Below are positions 1 to 9,442 of a DNA stretch of 64,000 bases, one piece after another. Made by a program: the position numbers and the translations under genes. A model generated the notes under the pieces. It worked only from the letters and a program-made list of their open reading frames with translations. It was not told the DNA's origin and made no database searches. This DNA comes from a virus (taxonomy: Duplodnaviria > Caudoviricetes), in IMG/VR virus record IMGVR_UViG_3300021425_003554; one strand, 5' to 3'. Each line of letters opens with the position of its first letter. Within the stretch, counting starts at the first letter, position 1.

Positions 1-21
1 TTCCATATCTTTAATGTGTTG

Positions 22-1245
22 CTAACCCTCGTACCTTTCTATGAGATATCTCATACTTTTATCAACCGTGCTGTTGTCTTCGTTTCCACTATAACCTATC
101 CAGTTGTTGTCATAATAAACTGGTCTATCGATATCTATGTGTTGTATGGGATTTTTGACTCCCACTTTTGGTTTTTCAACAAAATAAATTTCATTGTGAT
201 CAAACTCATACACATATCTTTTTACATCTATTTTGTGTTGTGACCGGTCATCGTCAGGAATTAATCTTTTTAAATTGGTGTAGGACCACTGCTGGAACTT
301 GTCTGTGTTGAAGAATGTGTTCTTGGCAAACTGTTGTTGATGCTCATATGATATTGGTTTCTTGTACAAGGGCATTCCGTCTTTGTCGCCGGTAGATCTC
401 ATATAAAAGAATGGACGTTGGCAACTGAATTCCCACTTGAAGTTGAAATAGGTCCACCACCAGAAATCTGCAACAGTTGATACATAATCTTGCTGATCAA
501 TCTCGCCTATGCTTTGACTTATTTTGTCATAGTACCATTGATTGAAATCTACTGCTAGATCGTCTGTCAAATAGTTTTTAATTTTTATTTTGTGTATGCT
601 ATGCGGTTGTTTGTGCAGACCTTTGAGAAAATAATCTTTATACATGGGCATACTGGGACCAAACAAGCAGTCACCCGGATCACCGTGTAGTAAAATGTAT
701 TTGTCAAGAAAGTATGTGTTCAAACTTATATCAAGATAAAAAGATTGTTTGATCTTTCCATTGATGTGTTTTTTCCAATATTCAACATTCTCATATATCG
801 AGGAAGTTGTCATGATGACCTCTATCATGTCGTGTTCGTTGTTGGGTATGTTTTTCAACAACGATGTCAGCACTGCTGTGGAATCAATTCCACCACTCCA
901 CATCACTGCCAGTTTCTTGTTGGAGTTCTTGGCCTCGTTGTACAACTCCGTGGCCCTCTCGTCCATTAGATCTGACAGCGTGTCGTTGATGAATTTCAAT
1001 TCGGGCATGGCATACAGTGGATTGCTGGGTGCGTTCCATGGCGTGTTGAACGTGCCTCTGCGAGCTCGCAGATCTTGTACTCCGATCAATATTTTTGGAG
1101 TTCGTCTCCAAACTTCGGCAAACTTGTTTGCATAGGTTCCGTTATTTTTCAAATCGGTTTTTGCACTGGGATAGGGTATCCAGTGGTTGTCGACCATCCG
1201 TGATGAACGTATTCCTTGTATGTGTGCCTGTGGATGATGTTTCAT
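22..1245 (-). CDS. PP-loop (adenine nucleotide alpha-hydrolase) / asparagine-synthetase C-domain-like protein
   Basis: VMWSGGIDS PP-loop and LHGDPGDCLFG (AsnB SGxGxDELF-like); TAAATA 7 nt upstream of the ATG. Confidence 0.7.
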   Translation of the reverse strand: MKHHPQAHIQGIRSSRMVDNHWIPYPSAKTDLKNNGTYANKFAEVWRRTPKILIGVQDLRARRGTFNTPWNAPSNPLYAMPELKFINDTLSDLMDERATELYNEAKNSNKKLAVMWSGGIDSTAVLTSLLKNIPNNEHDMIEVIMTTSSIYENVEYWKKHINGKIKQSFYLDISLNTYFLDKYILLHGDPGDCLFGPSMPMYKDYFLKGLHKQPHSIHKIKIKNYLTDDLAVDFNQWYYDKISQSIGEIDQQDYVSTVADFWWWTYFNFKWEFSCQRPFFYMRSTGDKDGMPLYKKPISYEHQQQFAKNTFFNTDKFQQWSYTNLKRLIPDDDRSQHKIDVKRYVYEFDHNEIYFVEKPKVGVKNPIQHIDIDRPVYYDNNWIGYSGNEDNSTVDKSMRYLIERYEG

Positions 1246-1275
1246 TTTTGTTTATTTAAATAAACAAAAAAACTT

Positions 1276-2019
1276 TTAAAAAATAGTGAGTATATCTGGT
1301 AAATGAAATATTACCAAAATGTAATCTTTGTTTTTTCCGGATTTGAAAAAAGTGTTTGCCAAAAATTTGTCGGGTGTCACTTCCAGCATGGTACCAGGTA
1401 CATGATCATATACTTTTTCCACGGTTAAATTGTCTAATCGATTATACGGATAACCGTTGTTCTGAATCACTGTGTGCCGTAGGTCATATCTAAAACTGTT
1501 GCTGTTTTCTGTTGGCGATATTGGTTGAGAACATCGTTCTAACATTTCCGTGTGATTGGAAGCCGTGTCCGAAAACACCAGTGTCTTGTCCGATGACGGG
1601 TCGGTGTTTATTGGCATTAAAAACATTTTAGTGACCTGCGTCGTATCATGACTAGAATGATGGTATAGGCCGTGAGGTGCATGGCATTCTTGTAGGAACA
1701 TAAAACGAGGCTGGGCAACTTTTAGTTCACTTTTGAAATGCTGTATCTTGTTGATCACTGCCTGTCTTATGCCGTTGCTTGGATCCACGTTGACAAATCT
1801 GGAAAGTGGTTGTAATCGTTCTACTGGTTTGAAAGGAAAGACCGATTCGGGCCTAGAACCGTTGCCGGGATCTACAAAGTTTTTGAAGTCATACGGTTTG
1901 CGTGCCGATGCTTTCAACTGTTTGATCTCGTGTCGTAGCCATTTCAACTGATTGCTGTTCCACACGTCCTTGTGTACATTTGCTACATTCCTGAAAGTGT
2001 CGTTTATATTGTTGCTCAT
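1276..2019 (-). CDS. hypothetical protein, degenerate paralog of the 2OG-Fe(II) oxygenase at 3811-4500
   Basis: shares FRYDLRH..LDNLTV..KDY with LRYQLEH..VDHMTV..KDY of 3811-4500; TAAATA at 2027-2032 (-). Confidence 0.5.
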   Translation of the reverse strand: MSNNINDTFRNVANVHKDVWNSNQLKWLRHEIKQLKASARKPYDFKNFVDPGNGSRPESVFPFKPVERLQPLSRFVNVDPSNGIRQAVINKIQHFKSELKVAQPRFMFLQECHAPHGLYHHSSHDTTQVTKMFLMPINTDPSSDKTLVFSDTASNHTEMLERCSQPISPTENSNSFRYDLRHTVIQNNGYPYNRLDNLTVEKVYDHVPGTMLEVTPDKFLANTFFKSGKNKDYILVIFHLPDILTIF

Positions 2020-2075
2020 ATATCTGTATTTAACTAATTTTCGCCGACTATTCTATGATCATTAAATAAAACATC

Positions 2076-2849
2076 ATGCAAAACATCAAAGAAGCCAGAC
2101 AACTGATACGTGCCGGGGAATACACTGGATATACCAGTGGATGGTGTAGAGACTATGTTCAGGGTAACTTGTGCATAGTGGACAAGTCGGATGCCGAGGA
2201 TTTCGCAGAGTTCTGCAGATTGAATCCAAAACCGTGTCCGGTGTTGGCACAGGGAGATCCCGGAGATCCAGTGTTGAAGTCATTGGGGGATATCAACATA
2301 TGTACCGATCTTCCCAGATATCGCGTGTGGCGTAAAGGTAAATTAGTGGACATAGTTTCTGACATTTCGTCATACTGGACCAACGACATGGTGGCCTTTG
2401 TTCTCGGATGCAGTTTCAGTTTTGATCAACTGTTCTTGGATGCAGGACTGCCGTTGCCTCATCTCAATGATGGTTCGATGGTGGCCATGTACCGCACCTG
2501 GAACGAATGCGAGTCCGTGGGCAAATTTCGAGGACGACTGGTGGTGAGCATGAGACAGTTCCGTGCGGACCATGCCATAGAATCCATAGCGATATCGTCA
2601 AGGTATCCACTGGCACATGGAACTCCTGTACACATCGGAGATCCCACACAGATAGGAATACGAGACCTAACCAAACCCGATTACGGAGATGTGCCCAAAG
2701 TTGTGCAGGGACATCTGCCTGTGTTCTGGGCCTGTGGTGTGACGCCACAGAGCATATTGACCACATCGCCGGATGTGGAGATAGCGATCACACACCAGCC
2801 TGGTTGTATGCTGTTGACCGATATACCTTATTCAAAAATAGCAGTGTGA
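2076..2849 (+). CDS. DUF1445 / D-glutamate cyclase-family putative hydro-lyase
   Basis: YVQGNL, FCRLNPKPCP, TDLPRYRV, FVLGCSFSFD, FWACGVTPQ, ITHQPG motifs. Confidence 0.9.
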   Translation: MQNIKEARQLIRAGEYTGYTSGWCRDYVQGNLCIVDKSDAEDFAEFCRLNPKPCPVLAQGDPGDPVLKSLGDINICTDLPRYRVWRKGKLVDIVSDISSYWTNDMVAFVLGCSFSFDQLFLDAGLPLPHLNDGSMVAMYRTWNECESVGKFRGRLVVSMRQFRADHAIESIAISSRYPLAHGTPVHIGDPTQIGIRDLTKPDYGDVPKVVQGHLPVFWACGVTPQSILTTSPDVEIAITHQPGCMLLTDIPYSKIAV

Positions 2850-2857
2850 TAGATCTA

Positions 2858-3493
2858 TCACTGATCGATCATCAGATCATGTATTTGTTGGAAGTCATGA
2901 TCTTTTCTCATTTTGTTTTCTAATCGCAAACTCATGATTATCCTCTCATGTGTGGTAGAGGTGTTCCCCCAGTAATGCCACTCGCCGGTGTTTATCAACA
3001 TTGCCTGGTCGTTCTGTAGCACAGTGGTACAGGCCCGAGGTGTCTGTAGTTGACCTTGCATGTCCCACCATTCATCGTCCACGTTGTGTACATCGCTATA
3101 GATTGTCCGTGGATCATTCTTCAACACTTCATCATCCACCCAGTAGGTGTTGCAACATTGGTCCAGCACCTTTATGGGGAAATTCAATCCCACCAGGTCG
3201 TCGGCACCTGGGCCTTCGGTCCTGTCTCTGTGCAGTGAGGAATAATCTCCGGGCTGTGATATCAGAACACTTCCGATTCTTTGCCACGATATGCTGTCCG
3301 GGCCGGGCAGGCAATGATATATCTCTGACAGATCTATGCTTTTGCGAGTGTGCTTCCGGGCTGTCGGGAATGTGTGTGGTTGACAAACCCTGTCGTCATT
3401 GACGTGTGCCTGTAGCCAAGATATTATTTTGGGCAATCCGGGCCAGGTGATCGTGGTGTAATAGGGAGAGTGATCTGAGATGACTTTCATCAT
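2858..3493 (-). CDS. 2OG-Fe(II) oxygenase / cupin-like protein
   Basis: SSLHRD (HxD) and WHYW..RIIMSLR; start moved to MMKVISD because TAAATA lies at 3501-3506 (-). Confidence 0.65.
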   Translation of the reverse strand: MMKVISDHSPYYTTITWPGLPKIISWLQAHVNDDRVCQPHTFPTARKHTRKSIDLSEIYHCLPGPDSISWQRIGSVLISQPGDYSSLHRDRTEGPGADDLVGLNFPIKVLDQCCNTYWVDDEVLKNDPRTIYSDVHNVDDEWWDMQGQLQTPRACTTVLQNDQAMLINTGEWHYWGNTSTTHERIIMSLRLENKMRKDHDFQQIHDLMIDQ

Positions 3494-3562
3494 GTGCTGA
3501 TATTTATCGGCATGGATCAAACAGCATATTATGGTGACACACGCGATATTAAGTATTTTTGT

Positions 3563-3817
3563 ATGTACACCATAGAGCAGAGGAAGACCATATACCTCAT
3601 GACACGCAAACCGGTGTGGTATCACACTCACTGCCTCACACCGGGACCGGGCAAACCCCTGTGGTACGATCCCACGTGGGTCATAGGCGAGTGCGAACTG
3701 TGCCGCATGGACATAGCCGGCCAGGACTGGTGGAACGGTTGCAGTTATCGACAATCACAGAGAAAGGTGTACGACGGCCTGATCAATCAACGCCACTGGT
3801 TTGGTGTTGATCAGTAG
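3563..3817 (+). CDS. hypothetical Cys/Trp-rich protein
   Basis: TAAGTA at 3550-3555, 7 nt before the ATG of MYTIEQRK. Confidence 0.5.
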   Translation: MYTIEQRKTIYLMTRKPVWYHTHCLTPGPGKPLWYDPTWVIGECELCRMDIAGQDWWNGCSYRQSQRKVYDGLINQRHWFGVDQ

Positions 3818-4500
3818 GACTCGTTGCGGAACTGTCGGGCGAAGGGTCCTTGTTTGATGGTGGTGTGTATCAGCAGATAGTCCTTGTGTTGGCGTTCCGG
3901 TGAGTGCCTCTGCCAATCAGATCCAGCGTGTATGGCGTGTGCATCAAAACACACAGCATCTCCCAACCTGTACTCGAACACACCGGCCACTGTCATGTGA
4001 TCCACCACTGATTCACAGTGTTCCAGTTGATAGCGTAGTCGGTGATCACCCCTGTGGGGCCATGTGCTCGCACTGTGTATTATGCGTTGTTGGGCCTGGT
4101 GTGCATCGATCTGTTCCTGTCGTAGGTCAGTGATGGTGCTGTGATCAAACACCACTGTGCGATCCACGCCGGGGGTGACGTGTCGCAACGGCAACAGTAT
4201 GCTGTGTCCACGACCCTGATTGGGATGGTTGTCGGTGTGCAGGCTATTTGACCGGTGCTGTTCCACGAAGGCCATGAATGTGAGCTTCTCGTCGGGCAGG
4301 TCCTCCATGACACGCATCGCGAACTGCTGTGTGATGGGATAGAGGTGCTGTTGGGCATTGATCCTGTATCTCCGGGCCATTGCAGTGCGTCCCATGTCGG
4401 GCAGGGGTTCACGCTCCAGGCACTGATCCATTTCCGCACAGATCTGCTCCAGCTCTGCTGTGCTGACCACATCGTGCAGTACTCGGAAATCCACTGTCAT
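3811..4500 (-). CDS. 2OG-Fe(II) oxygenase-like protein
   Basis: SLHTD (HxD) and IHAG distal His; TATAAATA at 4506-4513 (-) places the start at MTVDFRV. Confidence 0.65.
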   Translation of the reverse strand: MTVDFRVLHDVVSTAELEQICAEMDQCLEREPLPDMGRTAMARRYRINAQQHLYPITQQFAMRVMEDLPDEKLTFMAFVEQHRSNSLHTDNHPNQGRGHSILLPLRHVTPGVDRTVVFDHSTITDLRQEQIDAHQAQQRIIHSASTWPHRGDHRLRYQLEHCESVVDHMTVAGVFEYRLGDAVCFDAHAIHAGSDWQRHSPERQHKDYLLIHTTIKQGPFARQFRNESY

Positions 4501-4765
4501 GCTGATATTTATAGGGTGATTGTTTGACCCGGCTCCGCTGTGGACGAAACCGGGCGGATCCCACAGTCCCTTTGGTACGGTCAACAGGACTCGAACCTGT
4601 AGTGCCCTCTCGAGCTCCAGCGTCAAAACACCGGATGTGTCTGGATACTCCTGATTTCACCATGACCGCACACGCATTATAACATGGCCCCGATGGTAAT
4701 GCTAGACCTTTTTTTTCTGCTGTGCAAATTTTTTTGATCTGAGGAACACCGGGTGTAGGCAGTTT

Positions 4766-4936
4766 TTACAACAGCAATCGCCTGTCCACTTCGCTCGCGG
4801 GCACATCACACACCTGTACCAGATCATATCGCTGTTCCAGTGAGTCATGCAGTATGTCAGCGGATTCCCGATCCAACTGCACATAGCAACGATGTAGTAT
4901 ACGGCCCTTTTGACACATAACGTAGTAGTACTTCAT
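4766..4936 (-). CDS. small hypothetical protein (MKYYYVMC..), leaderless
   Basis: perfect TTGACA-17-TATAAT ends 7 nt before the ATG. Confidence 0.6.
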   Translation of the reverse strand: MKYYYVMCQKGRILHRCYVQLDRESADILHDSLEQRYDLVQVCDVPASEVDRRLLL

Positions 4937-4943
4937 GTAGGTT

Positions 4944-4972
4944 ATTATACGTTCAAACGACACAGTTGTCAA
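4944..4972 (-). promoter_or_regulatory. consensus sigma70 promoter TTGACA-17-TATAAT
   Basis: direct sequence match. Confidence 0.85.
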
Positions 4973-5170
4973 ACCTGGGTATGCAGGGTAAAAAAATCCG
5001 CTGTGCATTTTTTTTAATATGGGGGTATTTTAGCACCACCCCGGTCCTTTTTAGGCCATGGGGCTTACAAATTGCCAAATTTATTACCAAAATAAAAATG
5101 CTATGCGACCGGGGCCAGATCTTTTTCTTTCTGGGTCCAGCCGGCCGACCCTGATTATTAAATATAACAT

Positions 5171-5842
5171 ATGGACAGGATGCAGAGATTGGTGGCCTTT
5201 GGATGTAGCAACACCCTGGGCGAGGGACTGGAGGGCTTCCAGTGGCGACAGCCTCACCCACGGGCATGGCCGGCCGTGTTGGGTCAGCAACTGGACCGAC
5301 CGGTGTTGAACCTGGGCCACTCGGGCGCCAGCAACAGGTACATAATGGATCGTGTGTTGAACACACCGCTCACACGCACCGACACAGTGGTGATCATGTG
5401 GACCAGTTTCGCCAGGCACTGTTGGTTCGATGCGGGGGGACAGGTGCGGCGTGCATTGCCACACGACATAGGAAGGCCACACGAATGGCCACACGACGGA
5501 CCCGAGATCGATGGTCGGCTCAGCGAGCTCTATTACCAACACATATGGTCGGCGCACGATGCCTGGCACGCCAGCATGACACAGATCAACTGGACACAGG
5601 CCTACCTACAGCGGCTGGGCGTGAGATGCCTGCACCTGCTGTGGTGGGAGGGCGATCATCACCGGGACAGGCCCTCATGGAACCAGACCCTGATACACAA
5701 CCTGCCGTTCAGCCAGGAGGACCGTGCACCGGACGGCCACCATCCGGGCGTGAACTCACACCACACACAGGCCCTACGCATCCGGGAACTGCTGTTCCGC
5801 ACACACCCCAACCACCCGGCCACCCTGCGATCCCACAGTTGA
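5171..5842 (+). CDS. SGNH/GDSL-like hydrolase
   Basis: block I FGCSNT, block II NLGHSGASN, block V DGHHPG; TAAATA at 5159-5164. Confidence 0.75.
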   Translation: MDRMQRLVAFGCSNTLGEGLEGFQWRQPHPRAWPAVLGQQLDRPVLNLGHSGASNRYIMDRVLNTPLTRTDTVVIMWTSFARHCWFDAGGQVRRALPHDIGRPHEWPHDGPEIDGRLSELYYQHIWSAHDAWHASMTQINWTQAYLQRLGVRCLHLLWWEGDHHRDRPSWNQTLIHNLPFSQEDRAPDGHHPGVNSHHTQALRIRELLFRTHPNHPATLRSHS

Positions 5843-6107
5843 TCTCTCCTTAGATGTGCCTCAATTACCAATAGATCGGGTTGATCTCTCCGTGTGCCCA
5901 CTCGGCACAACGAAGCTCACTGTGCGAACACTTGGTCAAAATGGTCCAAAATGGTACGCCAGGCCCGCCGCCAGCCCTGTGGTTATTGCATAGATTTTAC
6001 CAGATCAACTCGGTAATTGGATTGGCTATGTGGTTATCGCATGGCACTCGGACCGGTCGGGATCGCCCTTTACCACCACCAATCCGGCTGGGGATAAGTA
6101 CTCATAT

Positions 6108-6311
6108 ATGTTCAAGATGATAGTGGTGATATGTGCCCTGGGCAATCCCTGTGTGCAATTCGTGGAGAACCAACACCGGGTGTATGCCACACAAAACCAG
6201 TGCCTGGATCGTGCGGAGATCAAGTACCAACAGCTCACAGCAACACTGATCCAAGCGGGTTATCGACTGGCCGATTCCGGCTACTACTGTGTGAGGGACG
6301 ACAGCATATGA
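6108..6311 (+). CDS. small secreted-type Cys-containing protein
   Basis: TAAGTA 7 nt upstream; hydrophobic N-terminus; 4 Cys. Confidence 0.55.
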   Translation: MFKMIVVICALGNPCVQFVENQHRVYATQNQCLDRAEIKYQQLTATLIQAGYRLADSGYYCVRDDSI

Positions 6312-6382
6312 TCTGGGATCTAGTGATAATAACGCTGTCAATGGTGGCCTATGCCTACATGGCCTGGTCACTGCATAAGTGA
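6308..6382 (+). CDS. 24-aa membrane peptide
   Basis: ATGA overlap with the previous gene; single hydrophobic helix. Confidence 0.45.
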   Translation: MIWDLVIITLSMVAYAYMAWSLHK

Positions 6383-7243
6383 ACCAACACACCCCCCACC
6401 GACCCCAAGGCATATTGTTCGCAGATCAGTACCGCTCCCTACCTTTGCACACGGTGGCCAATCGGTGGCCCTCACCCCGGCCAGATCAACCCCAACACGC
6501 CTTTAGGCGTTTGCGACCCAGATTTGCGTATCGAAGGTCACAATTCTTTTGGTAAGATCCTAAGGATGGGGCACTATGCTAAAATACGGCAACCGCTTTT
6601 AGCCACCATACGACACGATCCCGCATACATACTCGTATGCCGTTTAGATACTATTGGGAATGGTTCCTGTTCTGGGTCACTGGCTATCCCTGTTGGGACT
6701 GTGTGAGGATACGCCTGATCATCCTGGTCCTGCTCGTCATCGTTGCCCATTTTTTGCTAGCCTAAACAGCCTCCACCATAAACGACCCACGGTGCTCTAC
6801 CATTCCAATTGTGCTTCACACACTGAACTCGCAGGCGATCTAGCCAAGAGGAGTCAGGGTAGATCACAGTTGGGATTATCAGCAGGCACTCTAGGTTAGG
6901 ATAGGGCTCGGTGTCAAAAATTGCTGTCGCGATATGCCTGTAAGGCATATAATGGAAACAAGCATTTGGTAAAATTTTTGCGGCGCACCGCTTCGCGGAC
7001 AGGGCCTATGGCTTCCGGTTGGTAATACCATGTCTGTGTGCTCTGGGGGTGGCTAGGTTAGGGATTGGATGGACTATGGATTCACATACTGGCCACACTC
7101 AAAACCGTGATGGTCGTGAGGTAAGTGATCAGTAGGGTGTATATGGCTATCTTGAGCTTCAGCATCTGTTCCTTGTTGTTGGGATTGTTGAACCTAGACT
7201 ATATATCTGTGGTTGGTTTTTTTTGGGTGGATATGCGAGCCTA

Positions 7244-8134
7244 TTACTGTTGACCCGCATACTTGATTATGAACTTGAGAACTTCCTGTGTGAATACATC
7301 CTTGACTCCAGTGAAACCATGTGCGTCTGCCTGTACTCCGCAACCTCTGGGATCCTTGCCCGGTCCCTTCCAAGTTTCCTCACCGCCTGTTATCTTGACC
7401 AAATATGTGGGTCCGGCGTTCATGCCCTTGTCGGTGTATTTCTTGTATCTGTTCTTGGCCGCCCTGTAGGATGTGCTGGGACACTTGTCCTTCTCGTGGT
7501 GTATGATCAGGGCCGGTATGTTGAATTGCTGGACCTCCAGTCCTCGTTTGCCCGGATACGGAGCCGATTGATTGCCCCCGGACCATATGGCACCCGACAC
7601 CAGGGTTTGGTTCTCTTCCTGCATCAACAGATAGCCCGAGACTCCCTGGGCACCCGCCGAATGACCCATGATGAACACGGGTTTTCCAAATTGCTCGTGA
7701 GCCCACAGCACCACTGACTTGACTCTGGCCACATAGTCCTCGGACCATCTGCCCGGACCACCCCAATCACCGTTGGGCATCTTCTTGTCGTTCCTGATCT
7801 CATAGCCCACGTCAACACCCACGGTGGTAATGATGTTGGAAAGGTGTTCTATGGGACCAAAGTTCAGTGAGTTGACACGACCCCTGCCACCCTGCAACCA
7901 AACGATCACGGCCGGCGAGTCCTCAACGGCACTCACCACCATTTTGGTGAAGAGACCGGTCTGTCCCTTGTCTTTACAGTCCTCGGACACACACTCCACG
8001 AATCTGATGGAATCACCCGCCAAACCATGATGTGCCTTGGCCGGCAACGAAACCACGCCCAATAGCATCAACACCGCTATGGCACCACCCACGGTGCCCA
8101 CGGTCAATTTGACAAAATCAATGATGTTCCTCAT
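7244..8134 (-). CDS. exported alpha/beta hydrolase
   Basis: N-terminal TM/signal; GHSAG nucleophile elbow; HEKD and AHGF as candidate Asp/His. Confidence 0.75.
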   Translation of the reverse strand: MRNIIDFVKLTVGTVGGAIAVLMLLGVVSLPAKAHHGLAGDSIRFVECVSEDCKDKGQTGLFTKMVVSAVEDSPAVIVWLQGGRGRVNSLNFGPIEHLSNIITTVGVDVGYEIRNDKKMPNGDWGGPGRWSEDYVARVKSVVLWAHEQFGKPVFIMGHSAGAQGVSGYLLMQEENQTLVSGAIWSGGNQSAPYPGKRGLEVQQFNIPALIIHHEKDKCPSTSYRAAKNRYKKYTDKGMNAGPTYLVKITGGEETWKGPGKDPRGCGVQADAHGFTGVKDVFTQEVLKFIIKYAGQQ

Positions 8135-8358
8135 TGGGCCATCTCCCTCTCTGGATCGTATTCCGATATCTCGTAATTGTGGATCTCCAGAACCCGCTTC
8201 ATGTTCTCAACGGCCTCCAACCTATTGGTCCTTGTTGGAAAACCCGTGTCCGACAGGTCCAACTTGATCTTGTCAAACAGGTCCATCAACTTCGCCACTT
8301 CCTTGTCCGTCAGGTAGTCCTTGATATTGTATCTCATTTTATCTCCGATCTTTGACAT
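8131..8358 (-). CDS. early hypothetical protein
   Basis: TAATG-coupled ORF in an early cassette. Confidence 0.6.
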   Translation of the reverse strand: MSKIGDKMRYNIKDYLTDKEVAKLMDLFDKIKLDLSDTGFPTRTNRLEAVENMKRVLEIHNYEISEYDPEREMAQ

Positions 8359-8633
8359 TAGGCAACCGCCTTTCTAATACCATAACCCTCTGGTGGGTGG
8401 CAACCATCTACTGGATAAAACTTGTAAAAATATTCTGCCGGATCCAATCCTAACTCATAGGCATCCTTGACTAATTCTCGGATTCGTTCTCTGTGAGCGG
8501 TACCACTCTTCCATACACCTTGATCATCACTCATCTCATAGGTCCAATCGTGCTTCTTCAATTCGTGTGTGATCAACTCACCTAGAAAATGTCCTTTTAG
8601 TTCTGTTCTCATTTTATCTTCGATCTTTGACAT
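8358..8633 (-). CDS. early hypothetical protein
   Basis: TAATG-coupled ORF. Confidence 0.65.
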   Translation of the reverse strand: MSKIEDKMRTELKGHFLGELITHELKKHDWTYEMSDDQGVWKSGTAHRERIRELVKDAYELGLDPAEYFYKFYPVDGCHPPEGYGIRKAVA

Positions 8634-8941
8634 TAGGCAACCGCCTTTCTTGTCACATTGTCCAACAGGATGTTCATCTGTTCTTCCACCGCGATCGCTT
8701 TTTTGAATAATTTTTTGGCATCACCGTCTCTCTTGAAACCGTACTCACTGGCGAAATCCATGGATGAAGAAGCCATCAAAGTGTCCTCAACACCGATCTC
8801 TGCCAGCATTCTGCCCAGTATGTTTGGATCCTCAGAAGCAACTTCTTTTCTCACACCCAATTCTGTGTAAGTGAAAACCAGTTTACCGTCTTCTGCGGAT
8901 ACGAAATTTATTTTTGTATTTTTTAATTGTGCCATTAACAC
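8633..8941 (-). CDS. early hypothetical protein (probable start MAQLKN)
   Basis: AGGAGG SD; first gene after the promoter at 8955-8982. Confidence 0.65.
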   Translation of the reverse strand: MLMAQLKNTKINFVSAEDGKLVFTYTELGVRKEVASEDPNILGRMLAEIGVEDTLMASSSMDFASEYGFKRDGDAKKLFKKAIAVEEQMNILLDNVTRKAVA

Positions 8942-8954
8942 CTCCTATATAATC

Positions 8955-8982
8955 ATAATAACACGAAACACTATACGGTCAA
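8955..8982 (-). promoter_or_regulatory. phage early promoter TTGACC-16-TATTAT
   Basis: member of the 10-copy GGTTGAC/16-bp family. Confidence 0.8.
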
Positions 8983-9090
8983 CCACCCAAAAAGTCGCAT
9001 AAAATGGAACTTTTTTACACCTTTTATGTGGGTAGACTCCAAAGAATCTACCCCATCTTCACTTACAGGGAGGTGTAAGATAGTGAAGCC

Positions 9091-9165
9091 TTAAAACCTG
9101 TTTGTCCAATATGGACCTAGCAACAAGATCAATACCAAGATCACTGCGAATACCGGATCCATCAT
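9091..9165 (-). CDS. 24-aa membrane peptide MMDPVFAVILVLILLLGPYWTNRF
   Basis: ATGA-coupled, hydrophobic; translated by hand. Confidence 0.5.
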   Translation of the reverse strand: MMDPVFAVILVLILLLGPYWTNRF

Positions 9166-9263
9166 ACCGTGTTGGCCATCCAATACAATAACCAGACTGC
9201 CATGGGCAATAAATGGTAAAGTACAAAAACTGACAGAGCAATTATCACGGACGCCTTGATCAT
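9162..9263 (-). CDS. 33-aa membrane peptide MIKASVIIALSVFVLYHLLPMAVWLLYWMANTV
   Basis: TGATG-coupled, hydrophobic; translated by hand. Confidence 0.5.
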   Translation of the reverse strand: MIKASVIIALSVFVLYHLLPMAVWLLYWMANTV

Positions 9264-9442
9264 CAAACCACTTTCAGTTGAACATCACTTAGGTACAACT
9301 CCTCTTTCTGTGCCATCACTTTTGGATAACACTTCTTACAGAATTGAACCGGTATGATGCCCAACATTCCCACCAATGTGTCGTTGTCCTTGTGTTGGAA
9401 GGACACGGAACACACGGTGCATCTATGTTTCTTATTTCTCAT
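9263..9442 (-). CDS. small zinc-finger-like protein (CxxC..CxxC)
   Basis: CTVC and CKKC; TGATG overlap with the ATPase stop. Confidence 0.6.
   Translation of the reverse strand: MRNKKHRCTVCSVSFQHKDNDTLVGMLGIIPVQFCKKCYPKVMAQKEELYLSDVQLKVV

Noticed and set aside
3494-3754. Long N-terminal extensions given by the ORF track (2858-3754, 3811-4626, 21780-22781, 28175-28801, 22778-23149)
   Set aside because: Internal promoter- or SD-adjacent ATGs give more plausible starts; the extensions look non-coding.
6574-6948. Possible small - strand ORFs 6757-6948 and 6574-6750 (MGNDDEQDQDD..)
   Set aside because: No clear promoter, SD or motif; cannot be supported without homologs.
7192-7211. Single NrdR-like word CACAGATATATAGTCT
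   Set aside because: Mismatches at the conserved C and w positions, and no partner box at 31-32 bp.
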